Shown: in pieces, positions 62,296 to 64,000 of the stretch
Numbering within the stretch: position 1 is the first letter of the stretch
Layout: each line of letters starts with the position of its first letter
Assembly (NCBI GenBank): GCA_036475815.1
Contig: JAZGAL010000012.1
Span: 1,969-65,968 of the forward strand
DNA from: Gemmatimonadota bacterium
Lineage (GTDB): Bacteria; Gemmatimonadota; Gemmatimonadetes; Palauibacterales; KS3-K002
Direction: 5' to 3'
Length of the DNA: 64,000 bases
Notes under the pieces: generated by a model
What the model was told of the DNA's origin: nothing
What the model saw: the letters and a program-made list of their open reading frames with translations, nothing else
Databases searched by the model: none
Made by a program: the position numbers and the translations under genes

Positions 62296-62883
62296 ATGAT
62301 CACCGGAATCGTGCTCGCCGGTGGCCGCTCGCTGCGTATGGGCCGGCCGAAGGCTCTGTTGAAGGTTGAGGATGAGACGTTCCTCGAGCGCGTCCTCCGT
62401 ACGCTCAGGGAAGGCGGCTGCGAGGAGGTCGTCGTTGTGTTGAACGTCGAGGATAGGGAAGCCAGCCAGATCATCTCCGGCGCCGGCGCCCGCTCGACTC
62501 TGGGTGCCGGAGCCGGCACAGAGCAGATCGAGTCCCTGCGCGCAGGACTGCGTGCGTTGTCGCCGGCGTCGGATGCGGCGGTGGTCCTCCCCGTTGACCA
62601 TCCGCTGGTCGAGCCCAGCACCGTGGCTGCCCTGATCGATGCGTTTCGAGCGAGAAGAGCACCGGTCCTCCGTGCGACCTGCGAGGGGCGGCACGGGCAT
62701 CCTGTACTGTTCAGTGCCTCGGTGTTCGAGGAGCTTCTTACCGGTGACACCCCGGAGGGAGCGCGGTCAGTAGTGCGCGGCCATGCCGGCGAAGTTGAAG
62801 ACGTGGAGGTGGAGGACCGCGGCGTGACCATCGACGTGGACACGCCGGACGACTACGAAGAGCACCTCGGGGAAGTCCCGTGA
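62296..62883 (+). CDS. Molybdenum-cofactor nucleotidyltransferase (MocA/MobA-like, NTP_transf_3)
   Basis: MITGIVLAGGRSLRMGRPKALL, VVLPVDHP, GHPVLF. Confidence 0.75.
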   Translation: MITGIVLAGGRSLRMGRPKALLKVEDETFLERVLRTLREGGCEEVVVVLNVEDREASQIISGAGARSTLGAGAGTEQIESLRAGLRALSPASDAAVVLPVDHPLVEPSTVAALIDAFRARRAPVLRATCEGRHGHPVLFSASVFEELLTGDTPEGARSVVRGHAGEVEDVEVEDRGVTIDVDTPDDYEEHLGEVP

Positions 62884-63725
62884 GCCAAAGAAAGGCTGAC
62901 CCCGTCTCAACCGTGGACGCTGTCGAGCGAGTGCTGCTTGCGCTGGAGGGAGGCTCGCCCGTGGCGGTGGTCACCGTCGTGACCGCGCCTGACCACGGAG
63001 CTGTGGGGCGACGTCTCCTGGTGACGGCCGGGGCGGTGACCGGGACGCTCGGTTCCAGCGAACTGGACCACGGGGCGGCCGAGCTGGCGAGCGAAGCGCT
63101 GGTTGCGCGTGAGCGCGGCCTGCGGAAGCTCGAGCTGGACGACGGGATCTGGGAGCTCTACGTGGAGTCGCAGTACGCACCCCCGGCGCTCGTCATCGTG
63201 GGCGCGGGCCACATCGCCCGGCCGCTGTGCCGGATCGGGGCGATGATCGGGTTCAGGGTGACCGTCATCGACGATCGACCCGAGTTTGCCAACGAGCGTT
63301 TGCTACCGGCGGCGGCCCGGGTTCTCGTTGTGGACTACAACGATCCGTTCAAGGAAATCACCGTCGACGCGAATACCTACATCGTCCTGGTGACACGCGG
63401 CCATAAGTACGACTACGATTGCATCCAGCAGTTGCTGGCTCTGGAGGCGAGCCCGGCCTATCTGGGTATGATCGGAAGCCGGCGGCGCGTGCGGGCCGCG
63501 TTCGAGGCGCTCGTCCGCGACGGCGTCGAGCCCGAACGGCTCGCCGATGTGCATGCGCCCATCGGCCTCGACATCGGCGCCGAGACGCCGGAGGAGATCG
63601 CCCTCGCCATCGCTGCGGAGATGGTCGCCGTTCGTAGAGGCGGCGGCGGAGGTACGCTCGCCCGGGAAGAAGGCGTGCTGGATCGAGTGGCCCGCGCACG
63701 CGAGGCGGAGCAGGGAGGAGGATAG
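62880..63725 (+). CDS. XdhC/CoxI-family molybdoenzyme maturation protein
   Basis: GTGA overlap with the upstream stop. LVIVGAGHIARPLCRIGAMIGFRVTVIDDRPEFA, VTRGHKYDYDC, YLGMIGSRRR, APIGLDIGAETPEEIALAIAAEMV. Confidence 0.8.
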   Translation: MSQRKADPVSTVDAVERVLLALEGGSPVAVVTVVTAPDHGAVGRRLLVTAGAVTGTLGSSELDHGAAELASEALVARERGLRKLELDDGIWELYVESQYAPPALVIVGAGHIARPLCRIGAMIGFRVTVIDDRPEFANERLLPAAARVLVVDYNDPFKEITVDANTYIVLVTRGHKYDYDCIQQLLALEASPAYLGMIGSRRRVRAAFEALVRDGVEPERLADVHAPIGLDIGAETPEEIALAIAAEMVAVRRGGGGGTLAREEGVLDRVARAREAEQGGG

Positions 63726-63729
63726 AGCT

Positions 63730-64000
63730 ATGTCGGAGGACCGCGAGGTCTACACCGCTGCGCTGGCGGCCGCGGAGGCAGGACGCCAGGCGGCCCTGGC
63801 CACGGTGGTGGGGGTCAAGGGCTCAACGCCACGGGATGTCGGCAGCAAGATGCTCATCGACGCCGATGGCGGGCAGGTGGGGACGATCGGCGGCGGCTGT
63901 GGGGAAGCGGAGGTGCTCGAGGCGGCTCGTGAGGTCATCGACACGGGCGTACCGAAGTTGATCCGGGTGGACCTGACCGATGACTACCTCTCCTGGAGCC
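63730..64000 (+). CDS. Second XdhC/CoxI-family protein, N-terminal part (3' end beyond the window)
   Basis: The ATG at 63730 is open to the window end: MSEDREVYTAALAAAEAGRQAALATVVGVKGSTPRDVGSKMLIDADGGQVGTIGGGCGEAEVLEAAREVIDTG, the XdhC N-terminal domain pattern (V..v.GS.PR..G.km.v...G...GtIGGG..E). Confidence 0.7.
   Translation, partial: MSEDREVYTAALAAAEAGRQAALATVVGVKGSTPRDVGSKMLIDADGGQVGTIGGGCGEAEVLEAAREVIDTGVPKLIRVDLTDDYLSWS

Overview
This is a 64 kb, visibly GC-rich (roughly two-thirds G+C by eye, not computed) bacterial chromosomal segment. It is densely packed with about 60 protein-coding genes on both strands. I found no rRNA, tRNA, CRISPR array, transposase or integrase.

Gene content is mostly housekeeping and cell-envelope:
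- **Replication and nucleoid:** recF-DUF721-gyrB, HU.
- **Central metabolism:** serine pathway (class V aminotransferase plus SerA-like dehydrogenase), rpe-kbl.
- **Secreted or periplasmic peptidases:** M24, S9, DmpA, glycosylasparaginase-like.
- **Envelope cluster:** eight co-directional genes, GWxTD / LVIVD / TonB-like / PorX-like REC-PglZ regulator / MsbA / LpxL / GT2 / DUF3108.
- **Secretion:** a T9SS-type cargo protein next to a PorV/PorQ-like barrel.
- **Regulation:** an ECF sigma / anti-sigma / PDZ module.
- **Cofactor maturation:** MocA plus XdhC genes at the right edge.

The domain repertoire (GWxTD, LVIVD, T9SS, TolB-propeller peptidases) suggests a Gemmatimonadota-like organism. That is inference only.

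The most interesting locus is a minus-strand cysteine-biosynthesis operon (about 22.9-26.0 kb). A CysO-like ubiquitin-fold sulfur carrier ending in Gly-Gly is translated in frame with its own MoeZ-type E1 and a rhodanese domain. A JAMM/Mec-type peptidase and CysM sit immediately upstream. The operon is preceded by a 35-codon poly-cysteine uORF (C-I-C-R-R-C-I-C, mostly rare TGT codons) followed by a terminator-like hairpin, which looks like a cysteine-sensing attenuator.

Other items worth a second look:
- catalytically degenerate HisF-like and DEAD-box-like proteins
- a lysine-rich N-terminal tail on GyrB
- an apparently leaderless recF promoter
- a 7-nt tandem repeat straddling a stop codon
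- a C-run/G-quadruplex motif
- an Omp85 barrel fused to a zinc peptidase and TolB-like propellers
- a cohesin/dockerin pair around the T9SS cargo

All functional calls come from reading motifs in the supplied translations. No database search or folding calculation was run.
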